Of a stretch of 64,000 nt of DNA, positions 63,440 through 64,000 are shown piece by piece (position 1 is the first letter of the stretch; each line of letters opens with the position of its first letter). Where the stretch lies: the NCBI GenBank assembly GCA_963696385.1, contig CAVOKF010000005.1, positions 160,001 to 224,000 on the forward strand, read 5' to 3'. The DNA comes from an uncultured delta proteobacterium. GTDB lineage: Bacteria; Myxococcota_A; Polyangia; Polyangiales; Polyangiaceae. The notes beneath the pieces are model-generated. The model did not search any database. It was not told where the DNA came from and saw only the letters and a list, made by a program, of their open reading frames with translations. Made by a program: the position numbers and the translations under genes.

Positions 63440-63625
63440 ATGGCGCGTGCTTCTCAGTTTGCGAAACTCAATCGCCGGCCCAAGTTCGTCGTGCGGCACC
63501 GCAACCGGTGCAAGGTGTGCGGCCGCCCCCGAGCTTATTATCGAAAGTTCGAGCTTTGTAGGATTTGCTTTAGGCTGCTCGCGCTCCGAGGCGAGATCCC
63601 TGGTGTGATCAAGGCGAGCTGGTGA
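63440..63625 (+). CDS. rpsZ: 30S ribosomal protein S14 (Zn-binding type Z)
   Basis: [18 protein letters not shown]; 61 aa. Confidence 0.96.
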   Translation: MARASQFAKLNRRPKFVVRHRNRCKVCGRPRAYYRKFELCRICFRLLALRGEIPGVIKASW

Positions 63626-63629
63626 CCTC

Positions 63630-64000
63630 ATGATGACCGATCCGATCGCGGACATGCTCACGCGTATCCGCAATGGCACGATGGCCCGACACGAGCGTGT
63701 CGAGATGCCGCACTCCAATCTCAAGGAGCGCGTGGCAATCGTGATGAAGGGCGAGGGCTATCTCGACGACGTTCGCGCGAGCGAAGGTGAGGACCCGAAA
63801 GTGCTCACCCTGATTCTACGTTACGGTCGTGACCGACAATCGGCGATCGACGGCCTACGTCGCGTCTCGACCCCGGGCCGTCGGGTCTACGTGCGACACG
63901 ACCGCATCGCGCGCGTATGCTCGGGAATGGGAATTTCAATTCTCAGCACGAGCCGAGGCGTGATGACGGACCGCGAAGCACGCCGTCAGCGGGTCGGAGG
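63630..64000 (+). CDS. rpsH: 30S ribosomal protein S8 (truncated by window end)
   Basis: MMTDPIADMLTRIRN, VSTPGRRVY, STSRG. Confidence 0.96.
   Translation, partial: MMTDPIADMLTRIRNGTMARHERVEMPHSNLKERVAIVMKGEGYLDDVRASEGEDPKVLTLILRYGRDRQSAIDGLRRVSTPGRRVYVRHDRIARVCSGMGISILSTSRGVMTDREARRQRVG

Overview
GC-rich bacterial window, most consistent with a myxobacterium of the Polyangiales. Evidence: a MYXO-CTERM-like tail, Ser/Thr-kinase and FHA sigma54 activators, and Polyangiaceae-like EF-Tu and S12 variants; the taxonomy is inference. From about 36.6 kb to the end is the core translation/transcription supercluster: tRNAs, tuf, rpmG, secE, nusG, rplKAJL, rpoBC, the str operon, a second tuf, and the S10 and spc genes. 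It has lineage oddities: rplC is absent, both EF-Tu copies have a non-canonical switch I, there are internal promoters, and there is a structured rpsG-fusA spacer. Positions 1-36 kb are accessory or mixed. They hold a partial ATP synthase operon (b', b, delta, alpha, gamma), two sigma54 activators, PrkA, folK, trmB, an AKR/CysQ/ROK cassette and several lipoproteins. The most striking feature is at 93-5689: three complex I membrane-arm homologues (NuoH-, NuoL- and NuoM-like). By eye they have lost most proton-translocation and quinone-site residues, and each has gained an extracytoplasmic domain (lipoprotein signal + TIG + PDZ; PEGA; ASH/Ig-like). This suggests a repurposed, non-respiratory membrane complex. 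All family assignments are by motif recognition, not database search.
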